A stretch of DNA of 64,000 bases from an uncultured Gammaproteobacteria bacterium (GTDB taxonomy: Bacteria; Pseudomonadota; Gammaproteobacteria; Steroidobacterales; CAZJFQ01). Shown in pieces: positions 49,479 through 58,475 of this stretch. The stretch lies in NCBI GenBank assembly GCA_964545335.1, contig CAZJFQ010000004.1:5306-69305 (forward strand), written 5' to 3'. Position 1 is the stretch's first letter. The number at the start of each line of letters is the position of its first letter. The notes under the pieces were generated by a model. The model was not told the DNA's origin and searched no databases. It was given only the letters and a program-made list of their open reading frames with translations. Position numbers and translations under genes: made by a program.

Positions 49479-51263
49479 TCAGCGAGTCTGTTCGCCCCAC
49501 GTCAGCGGCTCCGGGTTATGCTGACGGGATCCGTAGGTCGGGATTCTGGATCCTGGATTCCCTGTCACGCGTGCCCGGGGAAACAATTCCACCAGTGGTC
49601 TCCCCGACATATCTTCGGCCACACGGTATCCGGCCAGCCATAAAATCGTTGGCACCACGTCATAGACGTTGGCTTCGAATGCGCCGTGGATTCCTGACGC
49701 AGTACGGCCGTCAATCGCCATAATGACTCCAGTAGGCGCTGCCGCATGGCCAAACGATCCGGGTCGGTACTGTTGAAAGCCATGGTCGGATACTACCAGT
49801 ACGGTAGCGTCGGCTCCCGCTGATTCGATCACCCGACGCAGACCGGCCATCGTGAATGCGTAGTACCGTGAGATTAGTTCGCTATACCGTTCCCGGTCGG
49901 GTACCGGCACGGGAACTTCAGGGTAAAGATTGGACAAGGTCATCGCGGCGTGGCTAACGGTGTCAATACCGCGAAAGTAAAAGACATAAAGACCATGATG
50001 CGCGTCCGAATCGACGAGAAATTCAGCCAACGCAAAGTACGTCTCATCGTGTGCCAGTGCCAACCGAAGCTGTTGCAGAATCTCCGACTCTCCCCCCAAT
50101 AGCTGCGATCCTATTTCTGATGCAGGAACGTCGACGAATGCGCGCAGCCGTTCCGCGGTGAAGTCATGCGTAAAGCGACGAAAATCCGCTACCTCGGCTT
50201 CGAGATTCGGCGGCCAGGTAATCTGCCGGGCAGAAACTGTGCCGGCACCGGGTCGTACAGGAAAATCCCACAGGTGGAAGCGGTCGCTGATCAATCGGCC
50301 ATTAACATGCGATGCTGGCCACGTGGCCCACCATCCCGCCAACGTTATCGGCCAGCGCTCATCATCAATGATCTCCCAGAAAGCTGGCCGGCCCAGATCA
50401 GTGTTGGCTACGGGCCGCAGTTCTGCGAAACCGGACCACCGCAACCAGTGTACCCACCAAAATGTCTCCTCGAATCTTGGATTGACTGCCAGTGCACGTT
50501 GCATCCCGGGAACATCCCATGCGTTGAAAAAAAGTATTTTATGTTCGCGTGGACTCATTCCCGTGGCAATGGTCGCCCATATTCTTGGCGAATCTGTTGG
50601 CAACAGGGTTGCGAGCGGGCCGACGTACCCGCGCTGAAGAAACCATTCAAAATCGTCATTGCCTTGATCCTGCTGCCACCGTTGCAGGGTTTCCCAGCCC
50701 AGGCCGTCAACCGCAAGCAGAAGGATCTTACGTGCCGGCGCATCATCAATGGGCACTGACCCGTTTGTCGTTGGCGGTGGCATATGCAGGCTGAGATTCC
50801 CTGATGAAATCGAAGCGATCAGTGCGGTCGACGTTGCGGCTAACGACCAGAGGAGAAATCGGCCAGGCCGTCCATCAGCCGGACACCCAAACGACAGCGA
50901 CAGACCGACGAGTAAAACGCTGAGACCTGCATAGCGACGCGTCAGGTCGAGCCCGACAGCAGGATTGAGGGCAGTGACGGCTACCAGGACAATAATTCCG
51001 CAAACAAGAACCACAAGTGCAGTCACGCCTACAGAGCGCGTTTGCCACCCGGTTAAACGATTCGTCAGAGTCACAGTCAGACGGAACAGTATGGCCACGA
51101 CCAATCCGACACTGAGGGACGCAAGTGCTATGACCATTGCGTCTTGCGAGAGTATCGGCAAGTGACTGGCCTCAAAGATCTCCAGCGCGACTTCCAGAGA
51201 TGCGACGCCACCGAGGGCCATAAATGCAATCTGTCTTGAGCGACGAAAAGAGTCCGGATGCAT
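49479..51263 (-). CDS. Polytopic membrane protein with C-terminal nucleotide pyrophosphatase/phosphodiesterase-type alkaline-phosphatase-superfamily domain
   Basis: About 594 aa from ATG 51263 (the ORF opens at TTG 51308), with about 5 N-terminal TM helices. NPP-like motifs are LLLAVDGLG, PTDSPRIWATIATGMSPREHKI (compare PTxTxPNHxxxxTGxxPxxHGI), GIDTVSHA and VLVVSDHGF. Confidence 0.8.
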   Translation of the reverse strand: MHPDSFRRSRQIAFMALGGVASLEVALEIFEASHLPILSQDAMVIALASLSVGLVVAILFRLTVTLTNRLTGWQTRSVGVTALVVLVCGIIVLVAVTALNPAVGLDLTRRYAGLSVLLVGLSLSFGCPADGRPGRFLLWSLAATSTALIASISSGNLSLHMPPPTTNGSVPIDDAPARKILLLAVDGLGWETLQRWQQDQGNDDFEWFLQRGYVGPLATLLPTDSPRIWATIATGMSPREHKILFFNAWDVPGMQRALAVNPRFEETFWWVHWLRWSGFAELRPVANTDLGRPAFWEIIDDERWPITLAGWWATWPASHVNGRLISDRFHLWDFPVRPGAGTVSARQITWPPNLEAEVADFRRFTHDFTAERLRAFVDVPASEIGSQLLGGESEILQQLRLALAHDETYFALAEFLVDSDAHHGLYVFYFRGIDTVSHAAMTLSNLYPEVPVPVPDRERYSELISRYYAFTMAGLRRVIESAGADATVLVVSDHGFQQYRPGSFGHAAAPTGVIMAIDGRTASGIHGAFEANVYDVVPTILWLAGYRVAEDMSGRPLVELFPRARVTGNPGSRIPTYGSRQHNPEPLTWGEQTR

Positions 51264-51387
51264 TGCGTAATTTACCAGCAGTCCAAATCCACGGATCCGA
51301 ACACTCAAGACAAGCGTTGGCGATCCGGTCGTTTACTTAGGTGCCCCTCAGGTTCGATTGCCTCGCAATATGCAACAGTCTGATGTT

Positions 51388-51409
51388 ATGTCAGGTCGTG
51401 ACCTGCCAT
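51388..51409. promoter_or_regulatory. 22-bp imperfect palindrome (candidate operator) in the divergent promoter region
   Basis: ATGtCAGGTC-GT-GACCTGcCAT. The core CAGGTC/GACCTG is perfect (51392-51405). TATACT lies 9 nt downstream, and the TTG start of the 543-aa gene is at 51444. Confidence 0.35.
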
Positions 51410-51443
51410 GGGCATAGTATACTTAGCGGATGCACTGTGAGGC

Positions 51444-53075
51444 TTGTCGAAAGTGCTGACCCGTCGAATTTTGCACCCGATCTTCTTTAGCTTCGCTCCG
51501 GTGCTTTTCCTATATTCGCAGAATGTCGGTCTGACCACCGGCTTCGGATTCCTGCGCCCGATTCTGGTCATTGTTACCGGCTCGTTATTACTGTGGCTGG
51601 CGTTGTCGTGGATGTACTCGAGCAAGGAGAAAGCAGGAGTACTGGTAACACTGTTTCTGGTTCTGTTTTTCTCTTATGGGCATATCAATACTGCGCTCGG
51701 TGATCATTCACGAAAGCTGTTCACCTTTGCCTTTGAGATCGGTGGTCTCTCAATCGGGCCGAGCAAGCTTCTCGCTCTGGTGTGGTCCTTGCTGCTCATT
51801 TTTGCCGCCGTGCGTCTTTGTTTCAGAAAAAAAAGCCTGGGAGGAATGACGCAATTTCTGAACATTTCCGGTGCAGTTCTGATCGCACTTCCCGTTTTGC
51901 AGGTTGCTGCTTTCGAAATCAGAAATATCGGTAGCGACACGGCACTGAGATTCACTGACGAGACACTGCAAAACGCACAGGGCGACGGTCATGTGAGGCC
52001 GGATATTTACTACATTATTTTGGATGGCTACGGCAGGGCAGACACTCTCAGCGAACTTTACTCGCACGATAACTTTCAGTTTCAGAAGCGTCTGGAAGAT
52101 AAGGGGTTCTACGTCGCGAATGCAAGCACGACGAATTACTCGCAGACGATTCTCTCGCTGACATCCTCATTGAATTTTCAGCACTTGCCGGAAATGGTTA
52201 GCGAACTGAATCTGGAACCGTCCAATCGACGACCAATAATGAATATGCTCGCCAACAACAGGATCGTCGAATTTTTGCGTGGCCGTGGGTATCAATTCGT
52301 TTTTTTTCCTTCGGGTTACTGGGGCGTTGATCTAAAGACTGCCGATGTCGTCCTGCGCGGGGGTTTTGGCCTGTCGGAATTCGAGATACTCCTGCTCAAC
52401 ACAACCGCTTTGACCGACATCCTGTACGGGCTGCGCCGTCTGCCCGACCTTGGGGGGATTCGCCTTTACGATCCGTGGGAAGACCACCGGCAACGGATGC
52501 TCTATATTCTCGAAAATCTGCCCGAAGTTACGGCTATGGAAGAGCCGACTTTTGTTCTGGCCCACGTGCTTGTGCCCCACCCACCATTCGTATTGGACGA
52601 AAACGGAGACAGCCGTAACCTGAGGGAAATCAACGCTCGCCGTTTTTTCAGCTACGCCGATGGCCTCAATTTAGATGTGGGCCTGGACCTGGAGGGGTAC
52701 AGAGAGGGTTACCGTGCACAACTCCGGTTCTTGAACAAGAGGCTTGAGCAAATCGTTGATCAGATAATATCCCGATCGGAGCAGCCGCCGGTGATCATTC
52801 TCCAGGGTGATCATGGACCGTCGTCATTGCTGGACGACAAACTTTCGAACCCGGATCCCGAGAACCTGAGGGAGCGGATGCGAATTTTCAATGCTTATTT
52901 CTTCCCCAAAGTAGATGACGGTACCCTGTACGACGAGATAACTCCGGTCAACACATTTCGCGTACTGTTGAACCAGTACTTCGATGCTAATTTCGAACTC
53001 GCAGGAGATGTCAGCTATTTTTCGACCTGGGAGGAGCCTTACACATTCATCGATGTAACGGAGACTGTTCGTTAG
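51444..53075 (+). CDS. Polytopic membrane protein with sulfatase/LTA-synthase-like alkaline-phosphatase-superfamily domain
   Basis: 543 aa with about 5 N-terminal TM helices. Contains IYYIILDGYGRAD (metal-binding Asp), a Ser/Thr-rich nucleophile region ANASTTNYSQTILSLTS, VLVPHPPF and VIILQGDHGPS. Confidence 0.8.
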   Translation: MSKVLTRRILHPIFFSFAPVLFLYSQNVGLTTGFGFLRPILVIVTGSLLLWLALSWMYSSKEKAGVLVTLFLVLFFSYGHINTALGDHSRKLFTFAFEIGGLSIGPSKLLALVWSLLLIFAAVRLCFRKKSLGGMTQFLNISGAVLIALPVLQVAAFEIRNIGSDTALRFTDETLQNAQGDGHVRPDIYYIILDGYGRADTLSELYSHDNFQFQKRLEDKGFYVANASTTNYSQTILSLTSSLNFQHLPEMVSELNLEPSNRRPIMNMLANNRIVEFLRGRGYQFVFFPSGYWGVDLKTADVVLRGGFGLSEFEILLLNTTALTDILYGLRRLPDLGGIRLYDPWEDHRQRMLYILENLPEVTAMEEPTFVLAHVLVPHPPFVLDENGDSRNLREINARRFFSYADGLNLDVGLDLEGYREGYRAQLRFLNKRLEQIVDQIISRSEQPPVIILQGDHGPSSLLDDKLSNPDPENLRERMRIFNAYFFPKVDDGTLYDEITPVNTFRVLLNQYFDANFELAGDVSYFSTWEEPYTFIDVTETVR

Positions 53076-53374
53076 ACGGATATTCCCCGGCAGACCGACC
53101 AGCCAGCGGACCGCCGCACCGGCACGACCGGCACCACTTCGTGTAGAATCGAGGTCGACGAAGCGGTCAGGCGTTCGCTGGAAATCGAGAACGCAACGAT
53201 TCACTGGATGCCCTCCGGGAAGTACAATCTCGCTTCTTCGTCAGGCAAAAAGCGCCCGGACAGGGTGCCCTAGTCTGTATGTGAGAGCGAAGAAAACCCA
53301 GTAACATGCCGGATGCAAAACTGCGGAGCATTAGGCAGACATAGACAATTCTGGTCGCGGAGTGTGAAGGAAAG

Positions 53375-53851
53375 ATGAAGGTTCTTTTTGTCTGTATGGG
53401 GAACATCTGCCGGTCGCCGACCGCTGAGGCGGCATTCCGACGTCTGGCAGAACAGGAAGCGCGACATCTGGACTTGCTCATCGATTCGGCCGGGACTCAC
53501 GCATACCATTCCGGCGCGCCTCCGGATCGGCGTGCCCAGTCGGCAGCTTTGCTTCGTGGAATCGACCTCAGCCCGATTCGCGCCCGACAGGTCTGCAAAG
53601 AGGATTTTGAGCGATTCGACCTTATTCTTGCCATGGATCGTCACAACCATGAGTTGCTTAGTGACCAGAAACCAGCCGGAGTCGCCTGCGAGATCCGTTT
53701 GTTCATGGAATACGCGCAAAACCCCACGGGTGAAAACGTCCCGGATCCGTACTACGGTGGCGCTAACGGATTTGAACGCGTCCTCGACATGATTGAGGAC
53801 GCGTCACGTGGATTGCTGTCGCAGTTGAAGGAGTCGCGCCGCAGAGCGTGA
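53375..53851 (+). CDS. Low-molecular-weight protein-tyrosine phosphatase
   Basis: 158 aa. P-loop VLFVCMGNICRSPTAE and the DPYY motif. Confidence 0.9.
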   Translation: MKVLFVCMGNICRSPTAEAAFRRLAEQEARHLDLLIDSAGTHAYHSGAPPDRRAQSAALLRGIDLSPIRARQVCKEDFERFDLILAMDRHNHELLSDQKPAGVACEIRLFMEYAQNPTGENVPDPYYGGANGFERVLDMIEDASRGLLSQLKESRRRA

Positions 53852-53853
53852 GA

Positions 53854-56304
53854 TCAGGCTCTCTTTTTCGGCGGCTGTGGTCGGCTCGGCCCGGCCGAAT
53901 ACACCACGTACTTCTTTTTCGACTCAGGTTGTTGCCCGATCGCGGTCGGCGCCGCGTGTTGAGCAGTCACGGGTGCCGGGCTCTTGGCTTGTTCAGGTTG
54001 CGGTGAGTCTGCCGGTACATCGGCCGGTCCGGTGGGCATTTCCGCTTGTGGAGACGACTCTTTCTTGGGCGCCGATTTTGCTACCGGTTGTGATGCGGCT
54101 GGACGGGATTTATCCGGTTGCGTCGATTGAACCGTTGCCGCGGCCGTATCCGTGCTTACCGAACCCTTCATGACAGAACGTTCCTCGACCGGCTTTTCCG
54201 CTGGTGATTTTTTGTCCGCAGCCGGGTGCGATCTACTTCTGGTCGATCGGGTTCGAGGTTTCCTTGCGGCCGGCGTGCTGTCAGGATTCTTGGCCGGTTC
54301 GCGACCGCCGGCCGACGCCGACTTGTCGCTTCGCGGGCCGCGCGCAGTTTCTTCGCTGTCCTTCGGGCGCGGCCGCTTCCTGCGGCGCTGACCACCGCCG
54401 CTACTGCTACCGCTGGCACCGGAGCCGCCATCAGCCTGCCGCGATCCGCCACCCGACCGTGAGTCGGATCGACTGCCGCGACTGCTGTCACCGCGGCGGG
54501 CCGGACCACGCCCGCGTTGGGTGCTACGAGCCTGGCGTTGCGACCGATTTGTTCGACGTTGGCGCTGCGGCGGTCCACGGTGCTGCTGAGTTGACGGTTG
54601 TTTCCTGGCGCCGATGCCCAGCCAGCTTCGAATCCTGGCCCAGAGACTTGTCCGCGCAGTACGGCGTTTGCGGCTCTTCGAGGGTTCGGGTGCCGGTCGT
54701 TCCGGAACGATCGTGGGCACCGCTGCTTCCTCTGGCGATCCCTGTTGAGACAAGCCCAGCATGGGATCAATACCGGTATCCTCCGGTAAAGCGATCGCGT
54801 AGCTGGCGGCCGTATACTCAGGCAACAGCGTTTCATCATCGCGGACACGGCGGATACTGAAATTCGGAGTTTCCAGCGCCGGGCTTGGTATAACGACCAG
54901 CCGGATCTCATTACGCTGTTCGATATTATTGATCCAATCCCGTTTTTCATTCACCAGGTAGGTAGCTACTTCAACGGGCAACTGGGCGACGACCCGTGCA
55001 GTGCGCTCCTTGCGGGCCTCTTCACCAATAAGTCTCAATACAGCGAGCGCAAGAGATTCGATATCGCGGATGCTGCCCTGGCCGTTACAGCGCGGACACA
55101 CGATATGGCTGGATTCACCAAGTGAAGGCCGAAGTCGCTGACGTGACATCTCGAGGAGACCAAACCGGGAGATACGGGCAAACTGCACGCGGGCCCGGTC
55201 CATGCGAACAGCTTCACGCAACCGGTTCTCGACTTCCCGCTGATTGCGCGGCGGTCCCATGTCGATAAAGTCGATGACGATCAGTCCGCCGACGTCGCGG
55301 ATTCTCAATTGCCTGGCAACTTCATCCGCGGCTTCCAGATTCGTTTGCAACGCCGTCGCTTCGATATCCTGGCCTTTGGTGGCGCGCGCCGAATTGATGT
55401 CGATCGATACCAATGCTTCAGTGTGATCGATGACGACGCTACCGCCGGACGGCAGCGTCACTTTGTGGGCAAAGGCTGAATGAATCTGACTCTCGATCTG
55501 GAAACGCGTAAACAGGGGAACATCGTCCTCATAGCGTTTTAGTTTGCGTGAGTTGTGCGGCATGACCTGTTCGATGAATTGACTCGCCTCCTGGTGGACG
55601 TCTTTGTCATCAATCAGTATTTCGCCCACCTCATTGGTCAGATAGTCCCTGAGGGCACGAATGATCGCGTTGCTTTCCTGATAGATGAGAAACGGCGCGT
55701 CCCGTTGCTCGGTGGCTTGTCGTATGGATTTCCATATGCTGGCCAGGTAATCCAGATCCCATTGCAGTTCCTCGGCCGATCGTTCGACGCCGGCGGTCCG
55801 GACAATGGCACCCATACCGCGGGGAATGTTGAGCTCGCGAAGTGCGTCCCGGACCTCGTCGCGATCAGGCCCGGTAATACGCCGCGACACGCCACCGGCA
55901 CGCGGATTATTCGGCATCAGCACAAGGAACCGGCCGGCCAGAGCTACAAATGTAGTCAAGGCCGCGCCCTTACGTCCCCGTTCTTCTTTCTCGACCTGGA
56001 TGATCAATTCCTGACCTTCCTCGATAACCTTGCGGATATCGACTCGGACGCCCGGTTCGGGCGGTGCCGTGAAATACTCCCGGGCGATTTCCTTCAGCGG
56101 CAGGAAGCCGTGGCGTGTGGAGCCGAAATCGACAAAGGCGGCCTCGAGACTGGGCTCGATGCGTGTTATCCGGCCTTTGTAAATGTTGGCCTTTTTGTTT
56201 TCCCGCGAGGGAACTTCGATATCAAGGTCGTAAAGTTTCTGGCCGTCCACCATGGCCACTCGCAACTCTTCCGGCTGAGTTGCGTTTACCAGCATTCTTT
56301 TCAT
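53854..56304 (-). CDS. rne: Ribonuclease E
   Basis: 816 aa. Begins [30 protein letters not shown], with S1 and catalytic domains and the Zn-link CPRCNGQG, followed by an Arg/Ser/Gly/Pro-rich disordered C-terminal half. Confidence 0.95.
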   Translation of the reverse strand: MKRMLVNATQPEELRVAMVDGQKLYDLDIEVPSRENKKANIYKGRITRIEPSLEAAFVDFGSTRHGFLPLKEIAREYFTAPPEPGVRVDIRKVIEEGQELIIQVEKEERGRKGAALTTFVALAGRFLVLMPNNPRAGGVSRRITGPDRDEVRDALRELNIPRGMGAIVRTAGVERSAEELQWDLDYLASIWKSIRQATEQRDAPFLIYQESNAIIRALRDYLTNEVGEILIDDKDVHQEASQFIEQVMPHNSRKLKRYEDDVPLFTRFQIESQIHSAFAHKVTLPSGGSVVIDHTEALVSIDINSARATKGQDIEATALQTNLEAADEVARQLRIRDVGGLIVIDFIDMGPPRNQREVENRLREAVRMDRARVQFARISRFGLLEMSRQRLRPSLGESSHIVCPRCNGQGSIRDIESLALAVLRLIGEEARKERTARVVAQLPVEVATYLVNEKRDWINNIEQRNEIRLVVIPSPALETPNFSIRRVRDDETLLPEYTAASYAIALPEDTGIDPMLGLSQQGSPEEAAVPTIVPERPAPEPSKSRKRRTARTSLWARIRSWLGIGARKQPSTQQHRGPPQRQRRTNRSQRQARSTQRGRGPARRGDSSRGSRSDSRSGGGSRQADGGSGASGSSSGGGQRRRKRPRPKDSEETARGPRSDKSASAGGREPAKNPDSTPAARKPRTRSTRSRSHPAADKKSPAEKPVEERSVMKGSVSTDTAAATVQSTQPDKSRPAASQPVAKSAPKKESSPQAEMPTGPADVPADSPQPEQAKSPAPVTAQHAAPTAIGQQPESKKKYVVYSAGPSRPQPPKKRA

Positions 56305-56780
56305 TTGTCCCTGCTCTCAGTCTAGTCAGGGCCGACAGGTTGGGGCAGGTGTGCGGTGCCACCGGGGTGGAGAGACTGATTTGTGCGAGCGGCGACCGTG
56401 TTTGGCCGACCGACTGGGTCCGGGTAAGGTTGAACCATTTCCGGACCGGATAAAATCCTGTCATCTGCAATCTCTTTTGCACGCCCGTGGCCGAGTCGCG
56501 TCACCTGACACCGTTGCGCGGCTGTTCGTTTATGCCGCTTCCATTTTAGGAAAATGTCGGCCGAGCGATGATCCGGTCGCAAGACACGGATCAACAATTC
56601 TGCCGTCCCTTTCTACTGCACAGCGTGGGACGGCCATTAATCCAGCTACAATGAGGCCCGCTCGTGCCCGGAGCGATCCGGGTGCCACGGGCCTTGTGGG
56701 CAAGTACTATAACAATCCGGTGCTACTCCTTCAATGCAAACCAGTTTTCCAGCCCGTCTCCCGCCTTTTATGGGTCTGCC
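56305..56780 (-). promoter_or_regulatory. rne: Long structured rne leader / rne-rluC divergent control region
   Basis: 476-bp gap. Stems visible by eye are GGTCCGG/CCGGACC (56417-56447), GCCGTCCC/GGGACGGC (56602-56634) and CCCGGA-GCGA-TCCGGG (56667-56682). E. coli rne has a roughly 360-nt autoregulatory 5' UTR. Confidence 0.35.
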
Positions 56781-57749
56781 GTGAGCGCCACGGTTCGATA
56801 TGTCATCGTTGACGATGAAACAGCCGGGCAGCGGCTCGACAACTTCCTGATCCGACACCTTAAGGGGTTGCCCAGGAGCCGTATTTATCGGATCGTTCGA
56901 CGCGGCGAAGTACGCGTCAACCGCGGTCGGGTCCGGCCGTCGTACCGGCTAAAACCGGGAGATCGCGTCAGGATACCGCCGGTAAGGGAGGCAAGCCGGC
57001 AGGCACGGAAGCCGTCGGTCGAACTCACCGCGGTACTCGAGCAGCGGGTGGTGTATGAGGATGAGCGGCTCCTGGTCATCGACAAGCCGTCTGGTCTGGC
57101 TGTTCACGGCGGCAGCGGTGTCAGCCACGGGCTGATTGAAGCCTGTCGGGCCATGCGACCCGATTGTCGGCGACTCGAACTCGTTCACCGCCTGGACAAG
57201 GAGACCAGTGGCCTGGTTATGCTCGCCAAGCGGGCCAGCCTGCTGCGCGAACTGCATCGGTTGCTCAGGGAAAGCCGCGTGGACAAACGCTATATTGGCC
57301 TGGTTCGAGGCCGCTGGCCAACGGGGTGGAAGACGATCACGGCGCCGCTGAAGAAAAATGTCCTGCGTTCCGGGGAGCGGGTTGTCCGGGTCGATGCCGG
57401 CGGCCGGGAGTCTGCCACCGTAATTCGTCGTCTTGGCCGCCTCAGAGACGCCAGCCTTATCGAAGCACGGTTGCTGACGGGACGAACTCACCAGATACGG
57501 GTCCATACCGCTGCCGCGGGCTTTCCGCTCGCCGGCGACCGCAAATACGGTGACAAGGAGTTCAACCGGCGGCTCAAAACCCTCGGGCTCAAACGGGTTT
57601 TCCTACATGCCGCATCCCTGTCGTTCGCCGACCCGCTGTCCGGGGAAATACGGGAGTTTAGTGCGCCACTGGCTCCCGAACTCCGTGAGGTGCTGGATGC
57701 TCTGGAGTCCGAGGCCCGGCCCGACAGACAGCAACGCAGGGTCAGATAA
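56781..57749 (+). CDS. rluC: 23S rRNA pseudouridine synthase RluC
   Basis: About 322 aa from in-frame GTG 56781 (the ORF opens at 56664). Has an S4 domain and HRLDKETSGLV, with GRTHQIRVH. Confidence 0.9.
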   Translation: MSATVRYVIVDDETAGQRLDNFLIRHLKGLPRSRIYRIVRRGEVRVNRGRVRPSYRLKPGDRVRIPPVREASRQARKPSVELTAVLEQRVVYEDERLLVIDKPSGLAVHGGSGVSHGLIEACRAMRPDCRRLELVHRLDKETSGLVMLAKRASLLRELHRLLRESRVDKRYIGLVRGRWPTGWKTITAPLKKNVLRSGERVVRVDAGGRESATVIRRLGRLRDASLIEARLLTGRTHQIRVHTAAAGFPLAGDRKYGDKEFNRRLKTLGLKRVFLHAASLSFADPLSGEIREFSAPLAPELREVLDALESEARPDRQQRRVR

Positions 57750-58347
57750 TTTCGATTCCCAATCGCGCCAGCACGGCCGCCACCCAGATCAATGGCAGCC
57801 CGATCAAAGCGGTCGGATCCTTGCTGCGAATTTCATCGAACAGCGCAATACCGAGGCTCTCAGAGCGAAAACTGCCCGCGCATTCCAGCGGCTGCTCGCG
57901 GTCAACATAGCGGGTAGCCAGTTGCTCGGAAATCGGTCGGAAACTGACCACAGTAACGTCGACATGCCGGTACTGTTTCCCGTCACGACAGTCGAGTACG
58001 CAGACAGCGGTGAGAAACTCCACCGACTTGCCGGATGAGGCGACTAACTGTGCGATCGCGGTACTCCGGTCGGCCGGTTTACCCAGTATCTCATCACCGC
58101 GTACAGCGACCTGATCGGAGCCGATAAAGATTGCCTGCCCGGCACCCTGGCGTACGGCGTCCACTTTGGCACAGGCTAATCGGACCGCGAGTTGTTCCGG
58201 CGATTCGCCGGCAAGTTGCGATTCGTCGATGGCCGGCGCGTGTTGACTAAATGGTATGCCAAGACGCAGGAGCAGTTCCTTGCGCCCCATTGACGAGGAA
58301 GCGAGAACGAGCTGCGGTTGAATTCTCCCCGTGATCTCAGCCGGCAA
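57742..58347 (-). CDS. yceF: Maf-like nucleoside-triphosphate pyrophosphatase (YceF type)
   Basis: 201 aa. Begins LVLASSSMGRKELL. Divergent from yceD, as in E. coli. Confidence 0.88.
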   Translation of the reverse strand: MPAEITGRIQPQLVLASSSMGRKELLLRLGIPFSQHAPAIDESQLAGESPEQLAVRLACAKVDAVRQGAGQAIFIGSDQVAVRGDEILGKPADRSTAIAQLVASSGKSVEFLTAVCVLDCRDGKQYRHVDVTVVSFRPISEQLATRYVDREQPLECAGSFRSESLGIALFDEIRSKDPTALIGLPLIWVAAVLARLGIEII

Positions 58348-58437
58348 CGGAATGCCCTGTCTGGATTGTAGGTTCTGTCAAGGTGGCGCCACCACGGAGT
58401 TATCCTGTAAAAACAACAATTTGCGCGTTTATCCGCT

Positions 58438-58466
58438 TTGACATGCGGAAATGTGGTCACTATTAT
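58438..58466 (+). promoter_or_regulatory. Near-consensus sigma-70 promoter for yceD-rpmF (TTGACA-N17-TATTAT)
   Basis: TTGACA at 58438-58443, a 17-nt spacer, and TATTAT at 58461-58466. The yceD ATG is at 58476. Confidence 0.5.
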
Positions 58467-58475
58467 AGATCGATT

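Noticed and set aside
53076-53374. 300-bp gap between the cassette and the LMW-PTP gene, examined for an sRNA, terminator or gene remnant
   Set aside because: I found no convincing stem plus U-tract, no ORF with motif support, and no recognisable RNA family. The region is covered only through the 9-bp flank repeat finding above.
53854-54700. Repetitive-looking Arg/Ser/Gly-rich DNA at the 3' half of rne, considered as a tandem repeat or separate gene
   Set aside because: It is continuous in frame with the RNase E catalytic half. It matches the expected intrinsically disordered scaffold region, and I could not define a fixed repeat unit.
54168-56325. Long alternative-frame and antisense ORFs within rne (260, 218 and 256 aa)
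   Set aside because: They arise from the biased Arg/Ser/Gly/Pro-rich RNase E C-terminal coding region and the GC-rich catalytic region. None shows independent motif support.
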